DNA of 20,000 bases from an uncultured virus (IMG/VR IMGVR_UViG_3300044858_002168) (Duplodnaviria > Heunggongvirae > Uroviricota > Caudoviricetes), in IMG/VR virus record IMGVR_UViG_3300044858_002168, positions 52,508 to 72,507 of that record; one strand, written 5' to 3'. The position numbers were made by a program, and so were the translations under genes. Position 1 is the first letter of the stretch; every line of letters starts with the position of its first letter. This document shows, one piece after another, positions 7,717-14,260 of this stretch. The notes beneath the pieces are model-generated. The model was not told where the DNA came from. It searched no databases and saw nothing but the letters and a program-made list of their open reading frames with translations.

Positions 7717-7889
7717 CAACAAGCCGATCTCCGCTATTATAGATCACATTCGTCCCCATATTACGCCGGCAGGGATAGCGGTAAGTAGTTACAGTTGATA
7801 CGTGCTGGTAGCCAATTTATCCGACTCGAACGGACAGCTTACTAATGACATGCCTGTCACTGCTTTCTCAACATCTACACTTGTTTACC
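7714..7889 (-). ncRNA. CCA-ending RNA with a T-arm, between cassettes
   Basis: GGTAAACAAG/CTTGTTGCC-A terminal stem; TCCG TTCGAGT CGGA; CCGCTAT/ATAGCGG. Confidence 0.6.
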
Positions 7890-7950
7890 ATATTGAAACA
7901 CACTATGCCACGCTCTGAACCTGGGCTCTTAGTAATATGCTTCAATATGG
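7888..7950 (-). repeat. inverted-repeat RNA cassette C3
   Basis: ccatattgaaacacacta ... taatatgcttcaatatgg. Confidence 0.85.
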
Positions 7951-8082
7951 CGACCCATTGTGGGGTGGACTTCGAAACCACCATTTCGCTGCGTTTTGAC
8001 CACTAAACTAACGTTCCTTGGAAGGACCGTACGGGATTCGAACCCATGTCTCCTGCGTTTTCCCTTAAAACTACCACGGGTC
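7948..8082 (-). ncRNA. double-elbow tRNA-like RNA without anticodon arms
   Basis: GACCCGT/ATGGGTC-G-CCA acceptor enclosing two D-arm + T-arm modules. Confidence 0.75.
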
Positions 8083-8129
8083 ATCGGAGTCATGACTTCC
8101 GACTATGTTAAAAGTTAATTACTCTTTTA

Positions 8130-8250
8130 CCATAGTTTAACACACTGCACTATCTAGATGGATCAGTAGCTGTATTCCGGAATTATCTACTATCCCCACC
8201 CTACGCTCCCGTGGACCTTTGGGAATGGCTTGCAATGTATTAAACTATGG
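8130..8250 (-). repeat. inverted-repeat RNA cassette C4
   Basis: ccatagtttaacacactgca ... tgcaatgtattaaactatgg (compensatory changes). Confidence 0.85.
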
Positions 8251-8271
8251 TTTGTCTCACACAATAAATAT

Positions 8272-8300
8272 ATTATTGCACAAACAACAAAATGTTTCAA
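8272..8300 (-). promoter_or_regulatory. promoter
   Basis: TTGAAA-N17-AATAAT, extended TG. Confidence 0.7.
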
Positions 8301-8315
8301 GACAATAATCTTTAA

Positions 8316-8450
8316 CCATATTTCAGCACACTGATTAGGGAATCGAACCCTTTACGACTGCGCTTTTGTATCACCATGACATAGTATTACCTATTGTGGC
8401 AGGATTCGAACCTGCTTCTACGTTGACCACGTCAGTGTGCTGAAATATGG
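8316..8450 (-). repeat. inverted-repeat RNA cassette C5 enclosing two T-arms
   Basis: perfect 19-bp ccatatttcagcacactga / tcagtgtgctgaaatatgg. Confidence 0.88.
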
Positions 8451-8530
8451 TCCCGTCGCGTCACTGAACGGGTACGGTTTCCATGGCCGTGAAAGGATAA
8501 CTCCACCATGTACACACCAAAACGCACTTA

Positions 8531-8651
8531 CCATATTTTAACACACTGTCGTTTCGCGTTCACTTCTAGAATCACCAGATTACGAATTTCTGGAACTTCA
8601 CAGCTTACAAGGCTGGTCGTCAAACTACTGGGGCAGTGTGCTAAAATATGG
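8531..8651 (-). repeat. inverted-repeat RNA cassette C6
   Basis: ccatattttaacacactg ... cagtgtgctaaaatatgg; begins with the CCA of tRNA-Glu. Confidence 0.85.
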
Positions 8652-8723
8652 TACTCAGTACGGGAGTCGAACCCGTCTTTCCGGCGTGAAAGGCCAGCGT
8701 CCTAACCAATAGACGAACCGAGC
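8649..8723 (-). tRNA. trnE: tRNA-Glu(UUC)
   Basis: GCTCGGT/ACTGAGT-A-CCA, CTGGC CTTTCAC GCCGG, ACGGG TTCGACT CCCGT. Confidence 0.95.
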
Positions 8724-8868
8724 ATGTTACTGGTTACGTGTCCAGTGTACCAGCGCCAGGTACCGCGACAGCCGCTCATTGAGGGATAACACCGTGCTGG
8801 CTAGGCACTAGCGGATATTTGACGCATATCTACGGTCAACGCTGAGGCGGTTGACATACCTACGAGTC

Positions 8869-8982
8869 GGGTCTTTCTTCTCACATTGTGATGCTACCAA
8901 GCAGTTTCCGGACTAAAACGTTGGGCGTAAGCTAAGGGTCGTTCCTCTCACATTAAGATGCTATCGGGCACAATGCCAGACC
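8869..8982 (-). repeat. two diverged copies of a ~46-nt structured motif
   Basis: 8869-8914 and 8936-8982 share GTCYGG...TGC....TAGCATC..AATGTGAGARGAAMGACCC. Confidence 0.7.
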
Positions 8983-9002
8983 TATATCACCCAACAAACT
9001 CT

Positions 9003-9031
9003 ATTATACAGGGTTGACAATCGCTTTTCAA
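9003..9031 (-). promoter_or_regulatory. promoter
   Basis: TTGAAA-N17-TATAAT. Confidence 0.8.
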
Positions 9032-9070
9032 GACAACAATTATCAACCCTGTACAACAGGGAATCGAAAC

Positions 9071-9272
9071 AGACCTTGGATAGGTAACGACTCCTATCTG
9101 TATCTAGCTTTCATGGCTGCCACTCACATACTGCCCTTTCCACGTCTAGCTCAGAGAGCTACTCGCGCTGATATTCAGAGAAAATCAGCTCTATTGCCAC
9201 ATGGATAGTGCCTATGACTGTTGGGGCTTACCACTACCGATATTTTTGTCGCACAAGGATCGCCAAGGGTCT
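9071..9272 (-). ncRNA. candidate ~200-nt structured RNA
   Basis: AGACC(C)TTGG/CCAAGGTCT closing stem, internal hairpins, own promoter. Confidence 0.5.
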
Positions 9273-9291
9273 CCTCATCAACAGAAACATT

Positions 9292-9320
9292 ATTATGACA
9301 CAAAAGGCAACAGACTTCAA
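9292..9320 (-). promoter_or_regulatory. promoter
   Basis: TTGAAG-N17-CATAAT. Confidence 0.7.
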
Positions 9321-9344
9321 ATGAAAATTTCTGTTGCCTTGACC

Positions 9345-9647
9345 TCAGAACCGGGCTGCGATCAACACCAGTTGGTCGCGGCTGCACTTGGAGAGGCTGT
9401 CCAACACACCGGCCTCAAAGCCCATGCCCGCCTCGATACGAGCCACCAGGTCCTCCTTGGTCAGCCGGCTGGAAGCAGTCTTGGTCTTGGCCACGTACAC
9501 GCCCTCGCGGCTCAGCTTGGCAACCACTGATCGAACAGTACGGCTCAGTTCGCGGGCAATCATTTCCACAGGCATACCTGCGGTGTACCGAGCCACCAGG
9601 TCTTGGGTTTGTTCAGGGGTGTAGTTCACATTCTTTGCTTCAGACAT
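9345..9647 (-). CDS. HTH-like DNA-binding protein, T5 A2/D3-like (paralog 1)
   Basis: NYTPEQT...Y..G..VE.IA.....TVRSVVAKLSREGVY; AAGGAG RBS; A2 resemblance from recall. Confidence 0.75.
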   Translation of the reverse strand: MSEAKNVNYTPEQTQDLVARYTAGMPVEMIARELSRTVRSVVAKLSREGVYVAKTKTASSRLTKEDLVARIEAGMGFEAGVLDSLSKCSRDQLVLIAARF

Positions 9648-9676
9648 TGCTTTCTCCTTTGTCGATCAATAAAACT

Positions 9677-9705
9677 ATTTTAGAGAGTTTAGGTTTTCTG
9701 TTCAA
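9677..9705 (-). promoter_or_regulatory. promoter
   Basis: TTGAAC-N17-TAAAAT. Confidence 0.7.
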
Positions 9706-9892
9706 ACTCAAATTTTTCAAACTGTTCTGGCCAACAGATCTTGAAGTGCTCAACCAGGCTGTTCATTGACCAACGATAGAAATCATTTTCTAGTCGGTCG
9801 CCAACAAAGTCCATCATGTCGGCCTTGCTCATCTCGGCAATAGTAAGGTTGACCATCTTCTGAATCATGTTGTGTAGGTCTGTATCGGTCAT
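9689..9892 (-). CDS. hypothetical protein (67 aa)
   Basis: AAGGA RBS, own promoter. Confidence 0.8.
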   Translation of the reverse strand: MTDTDLHNMIQKMVNLTIAEMSKADMMDFVGDRLENDFYRWSMNSLVEHFKICWPEQFEKFEFEQKT

Positions 9893-9923
9893 TTTTTGAA
9901 TCCTTTGGCTATCGAATAAATCT

Positions 9924-9952
9924 ATTATCTCTCAAAACAGACCACACTTCAA
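9924..9952 (-). promoter_or_regulatory. promoter
   Basis: TTGAAG-N17-GATAAT-AGATTTATTCGAT. Confidence 0.7.
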
Positions 9953-10072
9953 ACTCAAAATCTTTGATGTACTGTGACAGCCAAGACCTTTTTAGACACC
10001 AACGACAACACAATTTCAGTAGCCGTTGGTATCGGTAGAAGCCGGTGGTTACCCTTTCCATCGAATAAATCT

Positions 10073-10101
10073 ATTATGGCACAGTGACTTTAAGTCTTCA
10101 A
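10073..10101 (-). promoter_or_regulatory. promoter (leftward side of the divergence point)
   Basis: TTGAAG-N17-CATAAT-AGATTTATTCGAT. Confidence 0.75.
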
Positions 10102-10161
10102 GAAAATATTTTTGGATTTGAACGCAAGGCACGTTGGCGCTGCGGCCACGAAATTTTTGGC

Positions 10162-10190
10162 TTGATCACCACCTGCTTTTGGTTTATAAT
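10162..10190 (+). promoter_or_regulatory. promoter (rightward side of the divergence point)
   Basis: TTGATC-N17-TATAAT. Confidence 0.8.
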
Positions 10191-10214
10191 AGTGTTCTCT
10201 AACGGAGAAATACC

Positions 10215-10403
10215 ATGAATATTCTAGAAGAACTCACTGGCCCGCAAAAAATCTTTAAAGTGCAAGAAGACGGCTCAGAGACTGTAGAGTACAGGCCGCC
10301 CAATGCAGTTATGCTCCGAGCGGCTAGTATAATCAAACAGATGGATCAATCAATTAAAGTGTTGCAGCTTGAGTTACACAACATTCGTGGAGGCGTACAA
10401 TGA
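10215..10403 (+). CDS. hypothetical protein
   Basis: GGAGA RBS after promoter. Confidence 0.8.
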   Translation: MNILEELTGPQKIFKVQEDGSETVEYRPPNAVMLRAASIIKQMDQSIKVLQLELHNIRGGVQ

Positions 10404-10588
10404 CTTGGAACTTTGACAAAACTCAACTGGAAAACCTCAAATTTGCAGTAGACAACCTGGGTGTCAAAGAAGCTTTTTGTTTGGTCAACCAACTGGACAA
10501 TATTTCTAGTGTTCCTGTAGATGACTTGGTCGACTTCCAACACCAATTATTTCAACAGTATAAACAACAGTACGGATGCGGCTATTAA
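10400..10588 (+). CDS. hypothetical protein
   Basis: GGAGG RBS, ATGA overlap. Confidence 0.8.
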   Translation: MTWNFDKTQLENLKFAVDNLGVKEAFCLVNQLDNISSVPVDDLVDFQHQLFQQYKQQYGCGY

Positions 10589-10833
10589 TGGATAAGACTA
10601 AATTATATCAAAAAGCTATGGAACTGGCTCGTCAAGCAGACTTCCAGTTCTGGGAGGGTGAGACTTGGGCTCCTGAACTTCAGGCCATCGACTGGAGCTG
10701 TGACTATGATGACCAGGTTGTAGAACTGGTCAGGTTGACTGTTAAAACCTGTGCAAACCTAGCTGACAACACCAACAGCAGATTACTAATTTTAGAAAGC
10801 TTTGGCTTGGCTCAAAAATATACAGTTGATTGA
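10588..10833 (+). CDS. hypothetical protein, small helical paralog family
   Basis: TAATG coupling; ELARQA...LVRLTVKTC...ILESFG pattern. Confidence 0.75.
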   Translation: MDKTKLYQKAMELARQADFQFWEGETWAPELQAIDWSCDYDDQVVELVRLTVKTCANLADNTNSRLLILESFGLAQKYTVD

Positions 10834-10854
10834 AGTTCCCAAATGATCTATAAT
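10826..10854 (+). promoter_or_regulatory. promoter
   Basis: TTGATT-N17-TATAAT. Confidence 0.75.
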
Positions 10855-10863
10855 AGTTACACT

Positions 10864-11088
10864 ATGACACACTACTGCATCAACTGTTCAGATGACGTCA
10901 ACCCCAACCGCTGGGCCATTGGTTTCAAAACCTGTTTGGCCTGCGGCGAGGCACTGGCCCGTACAATACGCCACACCATTGTGCCCATGCACAAGTCAAA
11001 CTATGTTCCGGTCTTTAACCACAGTGATCTAGTAGGCATTAACTCTAAGGGTGGCATTGTCCACAATCGCTATGATTCAAAATCTTGA
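10864..11088 (+). CDS. DksA/TraR-like C4 zinc-finger protein
   Basis: CINC...V...R.....TCLAC. Confidence 0.65.
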   Translation: MTHYCINCSDDVNPNRWAIGFKTCLACGEALARTIRHTIVPMHKSNYVPVFNHSDLVGINSKGGIVHNRYDSKS

Positions 11089-11476
11089 CTATCACCTAAC
11101 CCAGACCTTTCCTCAAATCTTTGTCCGCACACCCGGAACCAACCACCAAGACAAAGCCGACCAGCAATACTGGGGTTTTGAGTGTGACAGCGGCTGGTAT
11201 CAGCTGATCTATGACCTGTGCAGTGAGATCATGACACACTGTGAAACCACAGGCGACCGAGTTCCTACAGCTGAACAAGTCAAGGAGAAATTTGGTGGAA
11301 TGAGGTTTTATGTAGACCGGGCTAGTGAAGCGGTATACAATATCATTGACCGCTATGAAAGTCGTAGCTACAAGGTATGCGAAACTTGTGGTGAACCTGG
11401 ACACCGCAGATTGGATTTGAGCTGGATACACACACTGTGCGATCACCACTACGAAATCAAGAGGGGACTGAAGTGA
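11072..11476 (+). CDS. phage hypothetical protein with C-terminal zinc ribbon
   Basis: GFEC..GW..LI, QVKEKFGG.RFY, CE.CG.PG, TLC..H. Confidence 0.85.
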   Translation: MIQNLDYHLTQTFPQIFVRTPGTNHQDKADQQYWGFECDSGWYQLIYDLCSEIMTHCETTGDRVPTAEQVKEKFGGMRFYVDRASEAVYNIIDRYESRSYKVCETCGEPGHRRLDLSWIHTLCDHHYEIKRGLK

Positions 11477-11685
11477 AATTTTTTAAGCGACATGTACTTC
11501 GTGAAACCACCTATGAGGAGGCCATTCTTCAGGAGTTGGAGGAGTCCCGGCTGGCTTTGATGCGGTCAGAAACCGCAATGGACTGGGCCGAAGCAAACTG
11601 CGATTACAACTACAATCGCATCAAGCGGCTGGAAGGAAAACTCAATGAACTCAGACAAAGTATGCCAGGAGTGCAGACTGTATAA
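11473..11685 (+). CDS. small coiled-coil hypothetical protein
   Basis: GTG start with GAGGGG RBS, GTGA overlap. Confidence 0.7.
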   Translation: MKFFKRHVLRETTYEEAILQELEESRLALMRSETAMDWAEANCDYNYNRIKRLEGKLNELRQSMPGVQTV

Positions 11686-12121
11686 CAGTATTTGGCGGAC
11701 CGTTACCATGGCCCTGTGTGTGGTAGCACTGTGGGCCTCAGTCAACCCAGCACACAGCAAGGCCACCAGTTATGACCAACGAGTGCGTTGCCTAGCAGAA
11801 GTGGTCTACCGTGAGGCTCGTGGCGAGCCTCACCGTGGCCAACTAGCAGTGGCTCAAACGGTCATCAACCGGGTAAAGAGCTCACAATTTCCCAACGACA
11901 TTTGCAGGGTGGTGTTTCAGCGGGGTCAGTTCTCCTGGACTCAAAACTGGGACCGTGCATGGAGAGCAGATCACCACAGCACCCAAGTAGCCCGGGTTGC
12001 CTTAATGGGTACCCATTCCATGATGGACTTCCAAGCCCTGTACTTTCATAATGCCTCAGTAAAGCCAGACTGGAAGCGCAAACATATAGCAACCATTGGC
12101 AATCACGTTTTTTACAAGTAA
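11645..12121 (+). CDS. SleB-like cell wall hydrolase (Hydrolase_2) with N-terminal hydrophobic segment
   Basis: CLA.VVY.EARGE...GQ.AVA.T.INRV....FP..IC.VV.Q..QFSW, ALYFH, IGNH.FY. Confidence 0.93.
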   Translation: MNSDKVCQECRLYNSIWRTVTMALCVVALWASVNPAHSKATSYDQRVRCLAEVVYREARGEPHRGQLAVAQTVINRVKSSQFPNDICRVVFQRGQFSWTQNWDRAWRADHHSTQVARVALMGTHSMMDFQALYFHNASVKPDWKRKHIATIGNHVFYK

Positions 12122-12125
12122 CGTC

Positions 12126-12311
12126 ATGAACAAGAACAAATTCAACAAAGTAATCGAACAACAGGTCCTGGACAAGGTAATTCATGACCCCGATTACTTC
12201 AACGAGGTGGCCACAGAAGTCAAGCCCAGCCGCATTGACAGCCGCCGGCAAAAGAGTGAGCAACATGAACAGAAAAAGGCTCGTCGCAGAAACTTCAATG
12301 AATACAACTGA
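12126..12311 (+). CDS. small basic hypothetical protein
   Basis: Tightly packed ORF. Confidence 0.65.
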   Translation: MNKNKFNKVIEQQVLDKVIHDPDYFNEVATEVKPSRIDSRRQKSEQHEQKKARRRNFNEYN

Positions 12312-12504
12312 ACACTACTGCTTTTGGAATGGGTGTGACGATCAACATCCTACCTGCTGGAGTGTTGAACAGATCATAGACCACTACTGGAGTTACTGGA
12401 GTGATGCTATGAAGAAAAAGTTTGGTCAAGGTGTTGAGTTAACCCAAGAACAGTGCTTGGAAGACTGGATTGTGGTAAATTGGGCGTGGAGGAGAGATGA
12501 CTGA
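12298..12504 (+). CDS. Trp-rich hypothetical protein
   Basis: I...YW.YW...M.KK.G.......CLEDW.VVNWAW. Confidence 0.75.
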   Translation: MNTTEHYCFWNGCDDQHPTCWSVEQIIDHYWSYWSDAMKKKFGQGVELTQEQCLEDWIVVNWAWRRDD

Positions 12505-12673
12505 AACCGACATTGTTTACAGGCTGATGAAGCGGGCTGAAATTCGTCGCCAAATCCCAGACCGCCGTAGTGTTGTTGAAAACAAGCCTGACCACATAGC
12601 TGACCTGCTAGAGGAGGCTGCACTGGAGATCGCAACGCTCAGAGACCGGTTGAGTGATTTTGGGTGGAATTAA
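12497..12673 (+). CDS. hypothetical protein (58 aa, MTETDIVYRL...IADLLEEAA.EI..LR)
   Basis: Hand-translated; GGAGG RBS. Confidence 0.8.
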   Translation: MTETDIVYRLMKRAEIRRQIPDRRSVVENKPDHIADLLEEAALEIATLRDRLSDFGWN

Positions 12674-12676
12674 CAT

Positions 12677-12734
12677 GGGGCACACAACTTCAATAATTTT
12701 GATGTTGTGTGCCCTTTGTCTTTTAGGTTATAAT
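12677..12734 (+). promoter_or_regulatory. terminator hairpin fused to promoter
   Basis: gggcacacaac/gttgtgtgccc + T-run; TTGTGT-N18-TATAAT. Confidence 0.7.
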
Positions 12735-12753
12735 AATTCAAACAAAGGGGATA

Positions 12754-12909
12754 GTGTTGGAAACGATCTTTACAATCATATTTGTGTTGTTGCCCGTGTG
12801 GTTGTGGTTGTTGGTCACCGTCTTCAACGCCCTGTTTGGAGTTATGCCCAAGAAACCTGGCCGACCTGTAAAAAAGCCACAACCCCCCACAAACAATGAC
12901 TGGAGTTGA
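12754..12909 (+). CDS. small membrane protein (51 aa)
   Basis: GTG start, AAGGGG RBS; TIFTIIFVLLPVWLWLLVTVF hydrophobic helix, basic Pro-rich tail. Confidence 0.7.
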   Translation: MLETIFTIIFVLLPVWLWLLVTVFNALFGVMPKKPGRPVKKPQPPTNNDWS

Positions 12910-13161
12910 ATGATGAACCCACATTTTCTCGAACTGTATCAGCGTAGTCACAGTGTTCGAACCCACGACGGCGACCCGGCTCTAGATGGCAATCCCAGCA
13001 CTGTGTACTGGCAAGGTGATGTTAGTGCAGAAAAGTTTGCCCGTCTGATCTACAAGGACATCATCACTGTGGTGGCAGCTCAAGCCATGATGGGTGAGAC
13101 TGCACTGGACGTTTTTATCAACCTGGAAAGGATCTATAATGATCAACCCAAGAGTTCGTGA
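12910..13161 (+). CDS. hypothetical protein, small helical paralog family
   Basis: GGAG RBS; MN....EL...EKFARLI. Confidence 0.75.
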   Translation: MMNPHFLELYQRSHSVRTHDGDPALDGNPSTVYWQGDVSAEKFARLIYKDIITVVAAQAMMGETALDVFINLERIYNDQPKSS

Positions 13162-13378
13162 ATTGATGGAGCAGGCCGGTTATGCCGCACCAGAATTGGC
13201 AGGGCGTGCTCAGGTGTTGGCTGACCTGATTGTTCAGAGTTTTGCAGATCGCCTAGAGCTAGAATTAGTGGAGATGCGTTGCCACGACAACTGGGATCAG
13301 GGATTTCGTGCTGGTTTAACCCATGCACTCAACCGATTGGAAGAATTTTATGGTGTGGTCCACCCGGAGGTAAAATGA
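13139..13378 (+). CDS. hypothetical protein, small helical paralog family
   Basis: AAGGA RBS; N.RVRELMEQA...LADLIVQ...EEFYGV. Confidence 0.8.
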   Translation: MINPRVRELMEQAGYAAPELAGRAQVLADLIVQSFADRLELELVEMRCHDNWDQGFRAGLTHALNRLEEFYGVVHPEVK

Positions 13379-13560
13379 AAAAACACGAATTGAACGACGT
13401 ACTTTACAGGATGCTAGGGTCGGAAGACTTGGTGAGCCGTTGGTGGCACACACCCAACAAGTTCTGGGAGGGTGACACACCTTATCAAGTCTGGACTCAA
13501 GATCCACTAGCAGTTGAACGTTACATCATGGGCTTTGCCATGGGGGGAGATTATTCATGA
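13375..13560 (+). CDS. MbcA/ParS/Xre antitoxin C-terminal (DUF2384)-like protein
   Basis: GGAGG RBS; LGS.D....WW.TPN..W.G.TP. Confidence 0.6.
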   Translation: MKKHELNDVLYRMLGSEDLVSRWWHTPNKFWEGDTPYQVWTQDPLAVERYIMGFAMGGDYS

Positions 13561-13739
13561 AACCTAAAACCTATCAAGTATTGTGTATGGCTGTAGAAGA
13601 AGGCGTCACCTACGGCTTGAACCGTGCCTACAAGCACACCGACACACCCACCCGTGACCAAGTGGTGAGTGCTGTCACAGACCAAGTATTGACTTCAATC
13701 TGTGAGTGGTTTGATTTGGACCAAGACCAGGAGACCTAA
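13557..13739 (+). CDS. hypothetical protein
   Basis: GGAG RBS; AVEEGV.YG.NRA.KH.D.P. Confidence 0.8.
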   Translation: MKPKTYQVLCMAVEEGVTYGLNRAYKHTDTPTRDQVVSAVTDQVLTSICEWFDLDQDQET

Positions 13740-13740
13740 C

Positions 13741-14055
13741 ATGCAAGGAATGACAGAAACCCCAGACTGCTGGAAGTTTGTGAAGATAGTACCACATGAT
13801 AACACCATTCCTAGCCACAACCGTGTGCTTTGCAGCTGGTATGGTGGGTACTTGGGCGGTGACTGCTGGAAGATCAGCAGCGGTAACAAGGAAATAATCG
13901 ATTACGGTGACTACTTGGAAGTTCCACAACACAGTGGCACTGTTTACGTTCTCTACAAGAACCGTGAAAGGATGAGTGGTTATATGCAGAACATCTTTGA
14001 CGGCACCAATCGGAAAGCTGTGGATTACAGACTAGAGGTGTTTGACCATGTTTAA
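13741..14055 (+). CDS. hypothetical phage protein
   Basis: AGGAG RBS; PD.W.....W.GGYL.GD.W..SSG...SG..Y. Confidence 0.8.
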   Translation: MQGMTETPDCWKFVKIVPHDNTIPSHNRVLCSWYGGYLGGDCWKISSGNKEIIDYGDYLEVPQHSGTVYVLYKNRERMSGYMQNIFDGTNRKAVDYRLEVFDHV

Positions 14056-14245
14056 GACCCGCTACAGAGTGGTTACAGATCGTTATCTGGGATTTGAAGC
14101 CCAGGTTAGGTACTGGTGGTCGCCGTTTTGGATTGAGTGTGGATTCACCAACACCCACCCATCAATTGAAAAGGCTGTGGAACACATCAAGCGGTATAAA
14201 CGTCACAAGGGTTTTGTTCGAAAACCTGTGATGTATGTCGAATGA
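14048..14245 (+). CDS. hypothetical protein
   Basis: GAGGT RBS. Confidence 0.75.
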   Translation: MFKTRYRVVTDRYLGFEAQVRYWWSPFWIECGFTNTHPSIEKAVEHIKRYKRHKGFVRKPVMYVE

Positions 14246-14260
14246 TGTAAAGGAGTTCAA

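Noticed and set aside
7611..8651. CRISPR array interpretation of the ccatattgaaacacact repeats
   Set aside because: Repeats occur as inverted pairs with irregular spacing and compensatory changes; no cas genes in the window.
7161..9530. ORFs 7161-7367, 8508-8705, 9014-9208, 9175-9387 and 9201-9530
   Set aside because: No RBS; they overlap tRNA, structured RNA, promoters or the A2-like gene, mostly antisense to local transcription.
12654..12899. 81-aa ORF from the track
   Set aside because: It spans a terminator/promoter; the alternative frame 12754-12909 has an RBS and a clean membrane helix.
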